From positions 65,630 through 129,629 of the forward strand of contig MGIW01000003.1 of assembly GCA_001793945.1 (NCBI GenBank): a stretch of 64,000 nt of DNA. The letters run 5' to 3'. A program made the translations under genes and the position numbers. The notes below the pieces were generated by a model that saw only the letters and a program-made list of their open reading frames with translations, searched no databases and was not told where the DNA came from. The stretch is from Candidatus Wolfebacteria bacterium RIFOXYD12_FULL_48_21. GTDB taxonomy: Bacteria > Patescibacteriota > Minisyncoccia > UBA6257 > UBA9933. Below, piece by piece: positions 48,454-57,442 of the stretch (position 1 is the stretch's first letter; each line of letters starts with the position of its first letter).

Positions 48454-49134
48454 TTATTCTTCCTGTTCGCCACTGGTGAGGCGATTCAGGATATCTTTCC
48501 AGTCTTTTCCCTTCTCGGCGTAGTCCACACCGGTAGCGTGGCAGGTGTAGCAATCGTATGTGCTGTCGTTAGCACGCCGACACTTGCCCGTGCCGCCACA
48601 TTCCCGGCAAGGCCCTTCGGTGCCCGTTATGCCAACCCTTTTTACATGATTGGTAAACAGCGCCTTGGCGCCTGCAACCGGGAACACTCCACGGTCCATG
48701 CGGTCGAGCATGGCGCTCGCCGGATGACTGTGGTGATCCATGTCGGTAACAACCGCCACGAACTTCGCGCCTTCCAGTGCCGCATCAATGGCGAGCGCCC
48801 AGCCGATCGGCATTTCTGTGCCGACATACTGCAGGCCATTGCCCCCTTGGGTTTTCCTACCCGCGGGCATCAGCAAATCAGAGAGCACCGCATCCCAGTA
48901 GGGAAGCTTACACTCTTCCATGGCCTTCGCCCACACTTCGCCGCACCAGCCATAGCCTGCCGCTTCTGCCTCTGCCTTGAGTCGCAGAAGTTTTTCCCTG
49001 TCACACGGCTTTTCCCGCACGAGCTCTACCGCTTCGTCGTGGCTTCCCACCACGGTAAGCTCATGCTCGTGGCCGAGCGTCTGGTAGGCTGCCTTCCGGT
49101 GAGACGGGTTGTCATCGATAACGAGGATCTTCAT
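48454..49134 (-). CDS. Receiver-like domain protein with DnaJ-type CxxCxGxG zinc finger
   Basis: MKILVIDD...VLSDLLMP; CRECGGTG...CYTCHATG; AGGAG SD. Confidence 0.7.
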   Translation of the reverse strand: MKILVIDDNPSHRKAAYQTLGHEHELTVVGSHDEAVELVREKPCDREKLLRLKAEAEAAGYGWCGEVWAKAMEECKLPYWDAVLSDLLMPAGRKTQGGNGLQYVGTEMPIGWALAIDAALEGAKFVAVVTDMDHHSHPASAMLDRMDRGVFPVAGAKALFTNHVKRVGITGTEGPCRECGGTGKCRRANDSTYDCYTCHATGVDYAEKGKDWKDILNRLTSGEQEE

Positions 49135-49154
49135 GGTCTTTCTCCTGAGTTGGT

Positions 49155-49514
49155 TTACGCCAGCCCTTTGCCGGCGATGTGATTCGTAAATCTCTTCATC
49201 TCTTCTCCATCTTTCCCGATGAAGGAGATAGTGAATACTGAAAGCAGCTCCTTGAAACGCTCGTTCTTGCCAAGCGCTTCCGCGCTCTTTTCAATATTAT
49301 TCCCCTCACCTACTCCGATGGCGAACAATATTACCCTTTTCCCGGCCAGCAGGAGGTCGAGCGCTTCGTTGACATTGGTGCAAAGCACCTCGTCTGCAGA
49401 AGCCATATCCTCAACAACCCTGCCCAGCGCGCAGGCAATCAGCACGCCGAGAGTATTTTTTATCGGACCGTCCTCGGTGTTTATATACACCTTTTTCCTT
49501 TTTAAGCCGTCCAT
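49155..49514 (-). CDS. Hypothetical 119-aa alpha/beta protein
   Basis: GGAGG upstream; co-oriented with the receiver-like gene. Confidence 0.6.
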   Translation of the reverse strand: MDGLKRKKVYINTEDGPIKNTLGVLIACALGRVVEDMASADEVLCTNVNEALDLLLAGKRVILFAIGVGEGNNIEKSAEALGKNERFKELLSVFTISFIGKDGEEMKRFTNHIAGKGLA

Positions 49515-49591
49515 TCTTCCTTCGCCTCCATTAAATATCCCGTAATACGGGCTGCGCACGATCGCGCTAATTTTTAAAAGTACCACTCCCT

Positions 49592-49760
49592 TCGAATTCC
49601 CGTTCTGTGAACCGAAACTCGATAAGGAGGGCAAGTGAATTCTCCAACTAGATTTCACTTGCCCGACCCTCCGTCGAGGGCGCCACGCTTCATCAATTTT
49701 TTACTGTGGTTGTGGTTTTCTTCCACGATTACCGTCGGTTATGCGCGCGCAAGCCCGACG
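49592..49760 (-). repeat. Structured module A+B+C, copy 3
   Basis: A at 49685-49760, B at 49629-49664, C at 49592-49622. Confidence 0.9.
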
Positions 49761-49872
49761 GTGAAGTTTTTGAGAAAAACTTCACCAAAAACTCTTTTAC
49801 ATGGGTGGCATAGCCTCTCCTTGTTTGTTTGCCCTTTCGGACCGATTCCTTCAAAACCATGTAAAACCTCTA

Positions 49873-50050
49873 CGGGTCCCCGTTCTTACGAACCGGAATC
49901 CGATAGAAGGGGCAAGTGATGATATCACCGCTTGCCCACCTTTCCACTGGCACATCATGCACCGCCGGAAAGGGTAGTAACGCCGTCAATTTTTTAGATA
50001 GTGTGGTTTTATTCCACCTTTAGCGTCGGTTGCGTTACCATTGCCCGACG
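49873..50050 (-). repeat. Structured module A+B+C, copy 4
   Basis: A at 49984-50050, B at 49910-49937, C at 49873-49903. Confidence 0.88.
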
Positions 50051-50238
50051 GGAACTTTGCTCAAAATCTTGGGCAAAATCCCGATTCCTCTCCCCTCTCG
50101 TGGCCATGTTGGGTCGTGGCCAGCGAATAAGGGGTCAACCTCCTTTTCCCCGATATTTTATCTGTCGGCCTCGGGTGGCTGTTATTTTTCCAAGGTGCTT
50201 TGCAAGGATGCTTTCCTTTCCTTCATCCTTACGCCCCC

Positions 50239-50267
50239 ACAATAACTTTTTTATGTCAACCAGTCAA
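50239..50267 (-). promoter_or_regulatory. Promoter of structured unit 2
   Basis: TTGACT-17-TATTGT followed by GGGCGTAAGGATG. Confidence 0.65.
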
Positions 50268-50481
50268 TAATTTTGCCAAATTCTTTTTTTCGCTTTATGT
50301 ATAACCTCATTTATATAGCATAAATACTATATAAATTGACTAACTTTAGTAAAAATAAAAAATGACCCTTTCGGCGTCATAATGTTCCCATGCGTAATTT
50401 TATCGATCTTTCACTCAAAATAGCGCCCGTATGCACAGCTCATTACCAAGCGCTATCCTCTACCCGCCCCCTCTTTTATGG

Positions 50482-51201
50482 CTACTTCCCTAAAAATACC
50501 TTTCCTAAAATATCGCTTTTTGCTATTACATCCGCATCGCCACCAACAGCAATCTTTCCTTTGTCCAAAACATACGCCGTTTGGGCGATATCCAAGATCG
50601 ATCGTATGTTATGCTCCACCACTATGATTGCCGTGTGTTTAACTTCGTTGATCTCGCGGATCTTTTCAAATACTTCTTTTACGATCTTTGGCGCAAGCCC
50701 GAGTGATGGCTCATCGAGCAATAACACCTTGGGGTCGATCATCAATCCACGCGCGAGCGCCACCATCTGCTGCTCCCCTCCGGAAAGCATCCCCGATTTC
50801 ATATTCCGCTTGCGTTTCAATACAGGGAACAGTTCCATTACATCGTGCTTGCGCGCATGTCGCTCGTCTTTATCCTTTACAATTATCCCGCCAATGTCGA
50901 GATTTTCCTCGACTGTCAGGCTTTGAAACACGCGACGGCCTTGCGGCACAAATGCGACTCCCTTGCGCGCCATCTTGTGTGGAACCGGAATAACCTTCTC
51001 GCCTCTCCATATAATATGGCCCGCGTGCAATGGCGTGATGCCAAAGATGGCCTTCAGTACCGTCGATTTCCCCGCGCCGTTTGGGCCCATGAGCGCAACA
51101 AGCTCACCCTCATGAATGTCGATATCAACGCCATCAAGGGCATGCACGCCGCCATAATGAACGGACACATTCTTTAGTTGCAGTAGGGGTTCGTTTTGCA
51201 T
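50482..51201 (-). CDS. livF: Branched-chain amino acid ABC ATPase (LivF-like)
   Basis: GPNGAGKST, LSGGEQQM and LLDEPSLGLAP. Confidence 0.9.
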   Translation of the reverse strand: MQNEPLLQLKNVSVHYGGVHALDGVDIDIHEGELVALMGPNGAGKSTVLKAIFGITPLHAGHIIWRGEKVIPVPHKMARKGVAFVPQGRRVFQSLTVEENLDIGGIIVKDKDERHARKHDVMELFPVLKRKRNMKSGMLSGGEQQMVALARGLMIDPKVLLLDEPSLGLAPKIVKEVFEKIREINEVKHTAIIVVEHNIRSILDIAQTAYVLDKGKIAVGGDADVIAKSDILGKVFLGK

Positions 51202-51240
51202 ATCTATTGACAAAAACTGGTAATCATCTATACTAATAGT

Positions 51241-51299
51241 ACATTATGCTCCAGCAATGGAGTTCCGAGAAACCCCTTCGAGAGAAGGGGTTTCGTTTT
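51241..51299 (+). ncRNA. Candidate small RNA of about 58 nt convergent with the MazF-like pseudogene
   Basis: TTGACA(51207)-16-TATACT promoter, short hairpin, then terminator AAACCCCTTC/GAAGGGGTTT+T. Confidence 0.5.
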
Positions 51300-51625
51300 A
51301 TACGAGCTCCTTTAGCTTCACTTTTATACCCCCATAATCGGTAGTATTCAATTTACCTATTTTCCTAATAAATCGCTTATTACTGATCGCTCGCAGTTGT
51401 GACAGAATTATTACATTCTGTTCTCCTTGGGTATTAGTAAATGGGAAATAATATTTACCTTCCTTCATTTTCGTTTATTTCTACTCCGATATTTTGCCCT
51501 AAACTTGCCCACCAAATTTGCCTTTCCCGAGGAAAACTTCTTATATCTGAAGCATGTATATGTATTTTTGACTTAGTCTAATGCGCAAATACTTCGACAA
51601 GTTCTTTTGTAATTTTTATACTCAT
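51298..51625 (-). pseudogene. PemK/MazF-family toxin pseudogene
   Basis: Manual translation: PRERQIWWASLGQNIGVEIN...KEGKYYF...IILSQLRAISNKRFIRKIG; in-frame TAG at 51578-51580 and a frameshifting internal deletion near 51470. Confidence 0.8.
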
Positions 51626-51805
51626 AAAATAAATCGACTCTTCGCCTTTATTCTTTCTCAATCTTACCAAATTCCATTCTCTTTATAAACTGATTGGATT
51701 TTGTTAACCTTTATAAAATGGCTTCGGCTCTCCCTTGCGTGAGTAGGGGTAACAAAAAACAGCCCTCTACGAAGGGCCGTTTTTTATGGTTTGAACATAG
51801 TGCGG

Positions 51806-52954
51806 TTATTTTCCTACAAATACCGGCATCATATTTTCCAGTCTAAACAATCGCACAAGGATCCCGCTCACTCGTCCATCTTCTTTCATTGTGAGGTTTC
51901 CCGTCACGCCTTTGAAGTTTTCGACATTCTTCATTGCGGTTATCTTCTGATTCAACTGTCCCTTTTTCGTGCTTGCGGTCACTTTCGGCAGCACCTCGGT
52001 GATCAATACCTTGGCCGAGTCGTATGCCTGGTCGCTGGCGACGAACACAAAGGGGGTCCTGCCATACTTCGCCTTAAAGTCATTGTGAAACTTTACAGCA
52101 ACCTGGTTCCCTTCGATTGGAGCATAGAACGAGAAGTGGATTCCATCAATCGCCTTGCCCGCAGCCGCCTGAATGGACGGGGTCGTGGCAACGGTAGGAA
52201 TCGTGAGATAATTCTTTCCTATGTTCAAGTTCTTTGCCTCCTTGATCGCGATTCCGATTTCGTCATAGCCAAGGAATACGATCGCATCCTTATCCTTGAA
52301 CTTCAGTAGCGATGTTTTGAAGTCGGTCGTTCCCGGCTTATAGCTCTCTACCTGCACTGAAGCCGCATTTCCTATTCTAACTACGAATTCATCGGAAACA
52401 GACTGCATGAAGTTATCGACGGTGGAATGCAAGATTCCGATATTCTTATAACCCTGTTCCTTTGCATAATCAGCGATTACATCGGCTAAGTCATTTGTTT
52501 CCTTGGCGATGCAAAATATATTTTCCGGAAGATTGGCGAGTGCCTGATCACAATCCAACGAGTCTACTATCAATACATTGTCTCGCTGCGCCCGTTCGGC
52601 CAAGGCCATGACGCCGCCATAGGTGGACATGATGATCGTATCGACACCATCGATGGTTACCATCTTTTCATATGCACTGATCGCTTTTGCCGTATCGTAT
52701 TGATCATCCTCCACTACGAGCTTTATTTGTCGGCCGTTTATGCCTCCGCTTGCGTTTGCTTCATCAACCGCGAGTTGTATCGATTTGGAAGCTTCTTCTC
52801 CCAATATCGCCACATCTCCCGTTAGTGGGCCGATATAGCCGAGCATATACGCCCCTTCCACCTGTGCGCCGTTACCCCATTTAAACAGATATCCGGCAGC
52901 TATTACCGCTATGACCACTGCAATTCCGATAATGCTATTTTTTTTGTCATTCAT
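51806..52954 (-). CDS. Leu/Ile/Val-type ABC substrate-binding protein, paralog 1
   Basis: N-terminal anchor, GPLTGD, GGINGRQI..VEDD, TDFKT and FKGVTG. Confidence 0.9.
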   Translation of the reverse strand: MNDKKNSIIGIAVVIAVIAAGYLFKWGNGAQVEGAYMLGYIGPLTGDVAILGEEASKSIQLAVDEANASGGINGRQIKLVVEDDQYDTAKAISAYEKMVTIDGVDTIIMSTYGGVMALAERAQRDNVLIVDSLDCDQALANLPENIFCIAKETNDLADVIADYAKEQGYKNIGILHSTVDNFMQSVSDEFVVRIGNAASVQVESYKPGTTDFKTSLLKFKDKDAIVFLGYDEIGIAIKEAKNLNIGKNYLTIPTVATTPSIQAAAGKAIDGIHFSFYAPIEGNQVAVKFHNDFKAKYGRTPFVFVASDQAYDSAKVLITEVLPKVTASTKKGQLNQKITAMKNVENFKGVTGNLTMKEDGRVSGILVRLFRLENMMPVFVGK

Positions 52955-53170
52955 GTAATTTTTATTATTTTATTATTTTTCTCACGCGCGTTCACTTGTT
53001 AATCATGATAACAACATTATGCGGTTATATTGTCAAACAGTCAACAAATGTATTTCTAATTTTTCTTATCCAACCCCCCACTCTCCTTTAATATGCCTTT
53101 AATATTGACTTTTTTTGCTGTTTTGCTACTATTAAAATAGTGACGGAATTATCGTTATTTATATATACTT

Positions 53171-53905
53171 ATGGTCATACAACAACTCCAAGACGCCGGT
53201 CTAACAAAAAAAGAGGCTCAAATCTACCTTGCCCTATTAGAGTTGGGGGAGGCAAATATCGCTCAGATAACAAAGAAATCGGGCATTAAACGATCGACTG
53301 TCTATGAAATGCTCGATATTCTGAAGAAAATGGGCCTTGCAAGCCAGGGTCGCCTTAAAAAACGGACCGTTTTTTATGCAGAAAGCCCAAAAAAGATCCC
53401 CGAGGCGCTGGATGCAAAAAAACGCGCCATAGAAGAGGCAATGCCCGAATTGCTGTCCATGATGAATCTATTGGATAAAAAGCCCAAGATAAAATATTTT
53501 GACGGCATTGCGGGTTTACGGGAAGTATTTGAAGACACCCTAAGATATCCGGACCAGGAAATACTCACCCTATTCCCCTACCCATACATAAACCTGGGTG
53601 AAGATTATTTTCAGGGACATTATTTGCCGGAACGAGTAAAGCGGAAGATATGGTCGCGCGCCATTATCCCCGATACTCCGGAGAATAGGGTCTTTGCCAA
53701 GTATCTCCAAGAAAATGCCATCACAACGACGCGATTCTCCTCCGATGCAGCCTTTAAACTATTCGACATCGAGATCAAGATCTATGGCGGAAATAAGCTC
53801 GGGATCATTTCCTATAAAGAAGACCTCGGGTTGATCATAGAGAGCACAAAGGTATCCGAAGGCCTTAGGGCCATATTTGAAACAATGTGGAACTTACTAA
53901 AATAA
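53171..53905 (+). CDS. TrmB-family transcriptional regulator
   Basis: GLTKKEAQIYLALLELG and KPKIKYFDG. Confidence 0.9.
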   Translation: MVIQQLQDAGLTKKEAQIYLALLELGEANIAQITKKSGIKRSTVYEMLDILKKMGLASQGRLKKRTVFYAESPKKIPEALDAKKRAIEEAMPELLSMMNLLDKKPKIKYFDGIAGLREVFEDTLRYPDQEILTLFPYPYINLGEDYFQGHYLPERVKRKIWSRAIIPDTPENRVFAKYLQENAITTTRFSSDAAFKLFDIEIKIYGGNKLGIISYKEDLGLIIESTKVSEGLRAIFETMWNLLK

Positions 53906-53912
53906 GCCAGCC

Positions 53913-53939
53913 AAAAAATCCGCCGAAGCGGATTTTTTT
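53913..53939. terminator. Bidirectional terminator
   Basis: AAAAAATCCGC-CGAA-GCGGATTTTTT. Confidence 0.8.
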
Positions 53940-53951
53940 AGTTATTACTTA

Positions 53952-55094
53952 TTACATACCGATGGTCTGTCCATTCTTTATGACCTTCACTGTAAACCCA
54001 ATGTCTGAATTACCACTCTGATCAAGAGAATATGTTCCCATAAATCCGTTGTAATTCTTCACATTCGTCGTCAGCCAATCACGCACCTTTGCGCTGTCGT
54101 CTCCAACTGTTGCGATTGCCGTTGCGAGCAGCTGCATATCGTCATAGGTAGCCGCACTGTGGAATGGCACCACTGGATCTTTGCCGTACTTTGTCTTATA
54201 TGCGGCGAAGAAATCCCTAAGCCCTGCATTGTTTGCGTTGTATGACGGATCTGCGAAATGGATCCCCTCGAACGATCCGAGTATCTTTTTTACATCGGCG
54301 TTCAAAACCAGTAGGAAATCGGAGAATACCGGGGCCTTTACACCGATAGTATTCATCTGTTTGATTAAGTTTCCTCCACTGATACCCGTCTGTGACGCCA
54401 CCAGTATCGCATCCAGATTCTCCGCCTTAATCTTGCTCGCGATTGTCCTGAAGTCTGTTGTGTTTGGCTGGAATTCTTCTGCAATGACCACGGTCATGCC
54501 CAGCTCCTGCGCTTTCTGCTCAAAACTCTTTTTAATGTCTATTGTGTATTCGGTCGTTTCAGCAATCACACCCACCTTCTTATATCCTTTCTTTGCCATT
54601 GCTTCTGCAATGTTGCGCCCTGCCAAAAGATCTGAGTTGGCTGTTCTAAAGATATACTCACCCGCTTCATCTACATTTCTTCCGCCGGTGACCGGCGTCA
54701 TCAGAACTACCTTGTTCTGATTGGCGATCGGCGCTGCCGCAATCGTGCCATTACTACACATACCTCCAATGATATACTTTACCTTGTCAGTATTTACGAG
54801 CTTCGATACGGCCGACAATCCAGTCTTGCTGTCGCATTTTGCGTCCTCGACGACCAATTGAATCTGTCGTCCATTGATGCCTCCCTTTGCGTTAATCTCA
54901 TCTGCTGCTAATTGAGCAGTGTTTGCAATATTTTCACCAAGTGCCGCGAGATCACCGCTCATAAATGTTGAAACTCCGATCTTGATCGGTCCAGTTTCTA
55001 CCGATATATCCTTTTTATTTGCCAATATATATCCTCCCAATATCACCGCTATCACGGCAACAATACCGAAAACCAATTTTGTATTTTTTGTCAT
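53952..55094 (-). CDS. Leu/Ile/Val-type ABC substrate-binding protein, paralog 2
   Basis: GGINGRQI..VEDAKC, IIGGMCS and TDFRT. Confidence 0.9.
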   Translation of the reverse strand: MTKNTKLVFGIVAVIAVILGGYILANKKDISVETGPIKIGVSTFMSGDLAALGENIANTAQLAADEINAKGGINGRQIQLVVEDAKCDSKTGLSAVSKLVNTDKVKYIIGGMCSNGTIAAAPIANQNKVVLMTPVTGGRNVDEAGEYIFRTANSDLLAGRNIAEAMAKKGYKKVGVIAETTEYTIDIKKSFEQKAQELGMTVVIAEEFQPNTTDFRTIASKIKAENLDAILVASQTGISGGNLIKQMNTIGVKAPVFSDFLLVLNADVKKILGSFEGIHFADPSYNANNAGLRDFFAAYKTKYGKDPVVPFHSAATYDDMQLLATAIATVGDDSAKVRDWLTTNVKNYNGFMGTYSLDQSGNSDIGFTVKVIKNGQTIGM

Positions 55095-55276
55095 GTTTAT
55101 AATTATTTCCTCTTAATTAATAATTTTAGCCTGGCGTAAGGTAACGCAATTAAGATAAATCCTTACTTTTATCTTATTACTCGACTATTATGCCATTATA
55201 TGACATAATAACAATAGATTTCTTGTATTTTTTTAAATTATGTCCTACATTGATACTATAATTATAAAATTTAAAA

Positions 55277-56299
55277 ATGAATGTAACAGAACTTGACAAA
55301 AAAATACTTTTTCAACTTGATATGGATGGGCGCGCCAGCTTCTCTGAAATAGCCCGTTCTATTGGCTCCACCCCTCAGGTCGTCAAGTATCATTACGAAC
55401 AATTGATGGGGCGTGGCATTATCAAGCACTTTTGGGCATACATCGACTACGACAAGGCCGATTATTCATTTTTCTGGGGCTACTGGTTCAAATTTGCCGG
55501 CCTTACCAAGGTGATCGAGGATGAGATGTATACGCGCCTGAACGCAGACCCCAATGTTCCAATCATCATGCGCGCAGACGGATATGCGGATGTCCAACTT
55601 GCATTCATCAGTAAAGACATCTTCAACCACAACGAAATGTTGCAGAATTTTTTTACCCGTTACGGACAATATGTGGTTTCTACCGATATTTTTGTTGGCC
55701 TCGGATTTATAAAATTCCCCAGAATGTATTTAGTAGGGGAGGAAAACAAACCGCAAACAAGTGCTCTGTCTGGTGGGACCACTAAAAAGATCCGCCTCAC
55801 CGAAATCGATCGGAAAATGATGTCGCTCCTTCTTATAGACGGCAGAATGGAATTCACAAAAATTGCTAATATTTTAGGCGTGTCCGTCGGGTTGGTACAT
55901 AAACGCTATGCGAAACTCAGGGATACGGGCGTCATCACCAAAATATCCTTCACGATCGACTACCCCAAAATAGGCCTTCTCCTCTACCGCGTCTGCTTCA
56001 AGATCACGCAGTTCGATCACAAGCGCATTGATGACCTCTATGAGTTTTGCTCCCTCCATCCTAATATCATCGATTACGTAAAGGGCATGGGTAGTTGGGA
56101 GCTGCTTCTGGATATCGAGATAGAAGATCGTGCGTCCCTTCGCAACCTCATCCGCGAGCTAAAAACTAAATTCAAGGATATCTTTCAGCGGGTGGAGATA
56201 AACGAGATATACCAGATGGATAAATTCACGCAGATGGCTATGGAATATCCGGAGATGGCCAAATATGCCCGCCCTTCTTCTTTGATCATGTACGATTAA
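55277..56299 (+). CDS. Tandem-duplicated Lrp/AsnC-family regulator
   Basis: Two HTH repeats (LDKKILFQLDMDGRASFSEIA; IDRKMMSLLLIDGRMEFTKIA). Confidence 0.88.
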   Translation: MNVTELDKKILFQLDMDGRASFSEIARSIGSTPQVVKYHYEQLMGRGIIKHFWAYIDYDKADYSFFWGYWFKFAGLTKVIEDEMYTRLNADPNVPIIMRADGYADVQLAFISKDIFNHNEMLQNFFTRYGQYVVSTDIFVGLGFIKFPRMYLVGEENKPQTSALSGGTTKKIRLTEIDRKMMSLLLIDGRMEFTKIANILGVSVGLVHKRYAKLRDTGVITKISFTIDYPKIGLLLYRVCFKITQFDHKRIDDLYEFCSLHPNIIDYVKGMGSWELLLDIEIEDRASLRNLIRELKTKFKDIFQRVEINEIYQMDKFTQMAMEYPEMAKYARPSSLIMYD

Positions 56300-56467
56300 T
56301 CTCTGCTTTCTATCGTATAAAAAATGCCCCGCCGTATTGGCGGGGCGCATTACCTCCTTTTTTTGCTTATTCCTTATTCCATTTTCGTGCTTCGCGCTCT
56401 ACTCCCCCCAAATACGCCTCGATGACTTCCCGTCTTACAAACACTTCTTCTGGCTTGTCTTCGCCCC

Positions 56468-57418
56468 TTACTTCTCTTCCAAGTGCTCCTTTAACAGCAT
56501 TTCCATCGGACAGAGCCCGTTAAGACTTTCATGGGGAAAATAATTCCACGCATCGTTCAGTAGTCGAAAACCCTCTTCGTCGAAAAATCCTGTCTTGTCG
56601 AGTAATGCGTTGAAATTATGGTGCGCATCATCCTCTTCATAAATCATATGCTCTATGTCTTCGAATTTCATCGACACGCTCCTTTCTTTTAGTAGCCGCG
56701 AAATAGCTTCCCGCAACAGCTTCTGTTGTGGAAGCACATTTGTCTCATGGAAGTAGCTTTTATATGCTTCCCTGCCGGCAGCATGCGATTTCTTACTACC
56801 CCTTCCTTTTACCGATAGCATACCTTTTTCTTCCCGTATAAATTCCTCAAATATATTCTCATGCAGTTCGCCTCGGAGCAAGTGGTCATTTAGTAATACC
56901 TGTAAACTCTTATACACGCTCGGGGGTAGGCTGGCAATATATTTGTATCTCGAATACTCTTTGCGATAATTCCAGTCGAGGAGCTGTGACACCTTGTATG
57001 CAAATTCACAAAACCGCTTCCTATCGCGTTCTATTTCTTCATCCGATATATTCTTCATCCATGAACTTCTCGTTATGTGCAGAGTCATATCGAGCCAATC
57101 AACTGCGTTGAGAAGCGCCTGCCGTATCTTTCCCGATGGATTCTGAATTTGCCTAATTACGAACTCCTCACATTCCTTGAAATAATCACTCCCAAGATAT
57201 ATAAACGCCCACTTTACTGTATTGATAAAATATGTCTGATGATCAATATCTTTTATTTGATCAAATGTTTTCATCTCGCCGATAAAAGCCCATAGCTCTT
57301 TCTTGAGTGCGTTTCTATCAAGCGTGCGGTCATTGGCTACTTTTGCAACCTGCTTTTGCGCTTCTTTTACCGCTGCCTTGTCGCCGGTTTTTATTATCTT
57401 TATTAATTGGGAAATCAT
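56468..57418 (-). CDS. Hypothetical helical protein
   Basis: 316-aa AT-rich ORF downstream of abiEii; C-terminal WNYFPH..LNG..P. Confidence 0.7.
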   Translation of the reverse strand: MISQLIKIIKTGDKAAVKEAQKQVAKVANDRTLDRNALKKELWAFIGEMKTFDQIKDIDHQTYFINTVKWAFIYLGSDYFKECEEFVIRQIQNPSGKIRQALLNAVDWLDMTLHITRSSWMKNISDEEIERDRKRFCEFAYKVSQLLDWNYRKEYSRYKYIASLPPSVYKSLQVLLNDHLLRGELHENIFEEFIREEKGMLSVKGRGSKKSHAAGREAYKSYFHETNVLPQQKLLREAISRLLKERSVSMKFEDIEHMIYEEDDAHHNFNALLDKTGFFDEEGFRLLNDAWNYFPHESLNGLCPMEMLLKEHLEEK

Positions 57419-57442
57419 GATTCAATTCTTGCAATTGAGTAT

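Noticed and set aside
46224-50050. Module A repeats as a CRISPR array
   Set aside because: Repeats are about 70 nt with irregular spacing of hundreds to thousands of bases containing ORFs; no cas genes
50390-50926. 178-aa plus-strand ORF as a regulator divergent from unit 2
   Set aside because: Mostly antisense to livF, with no HTH motif
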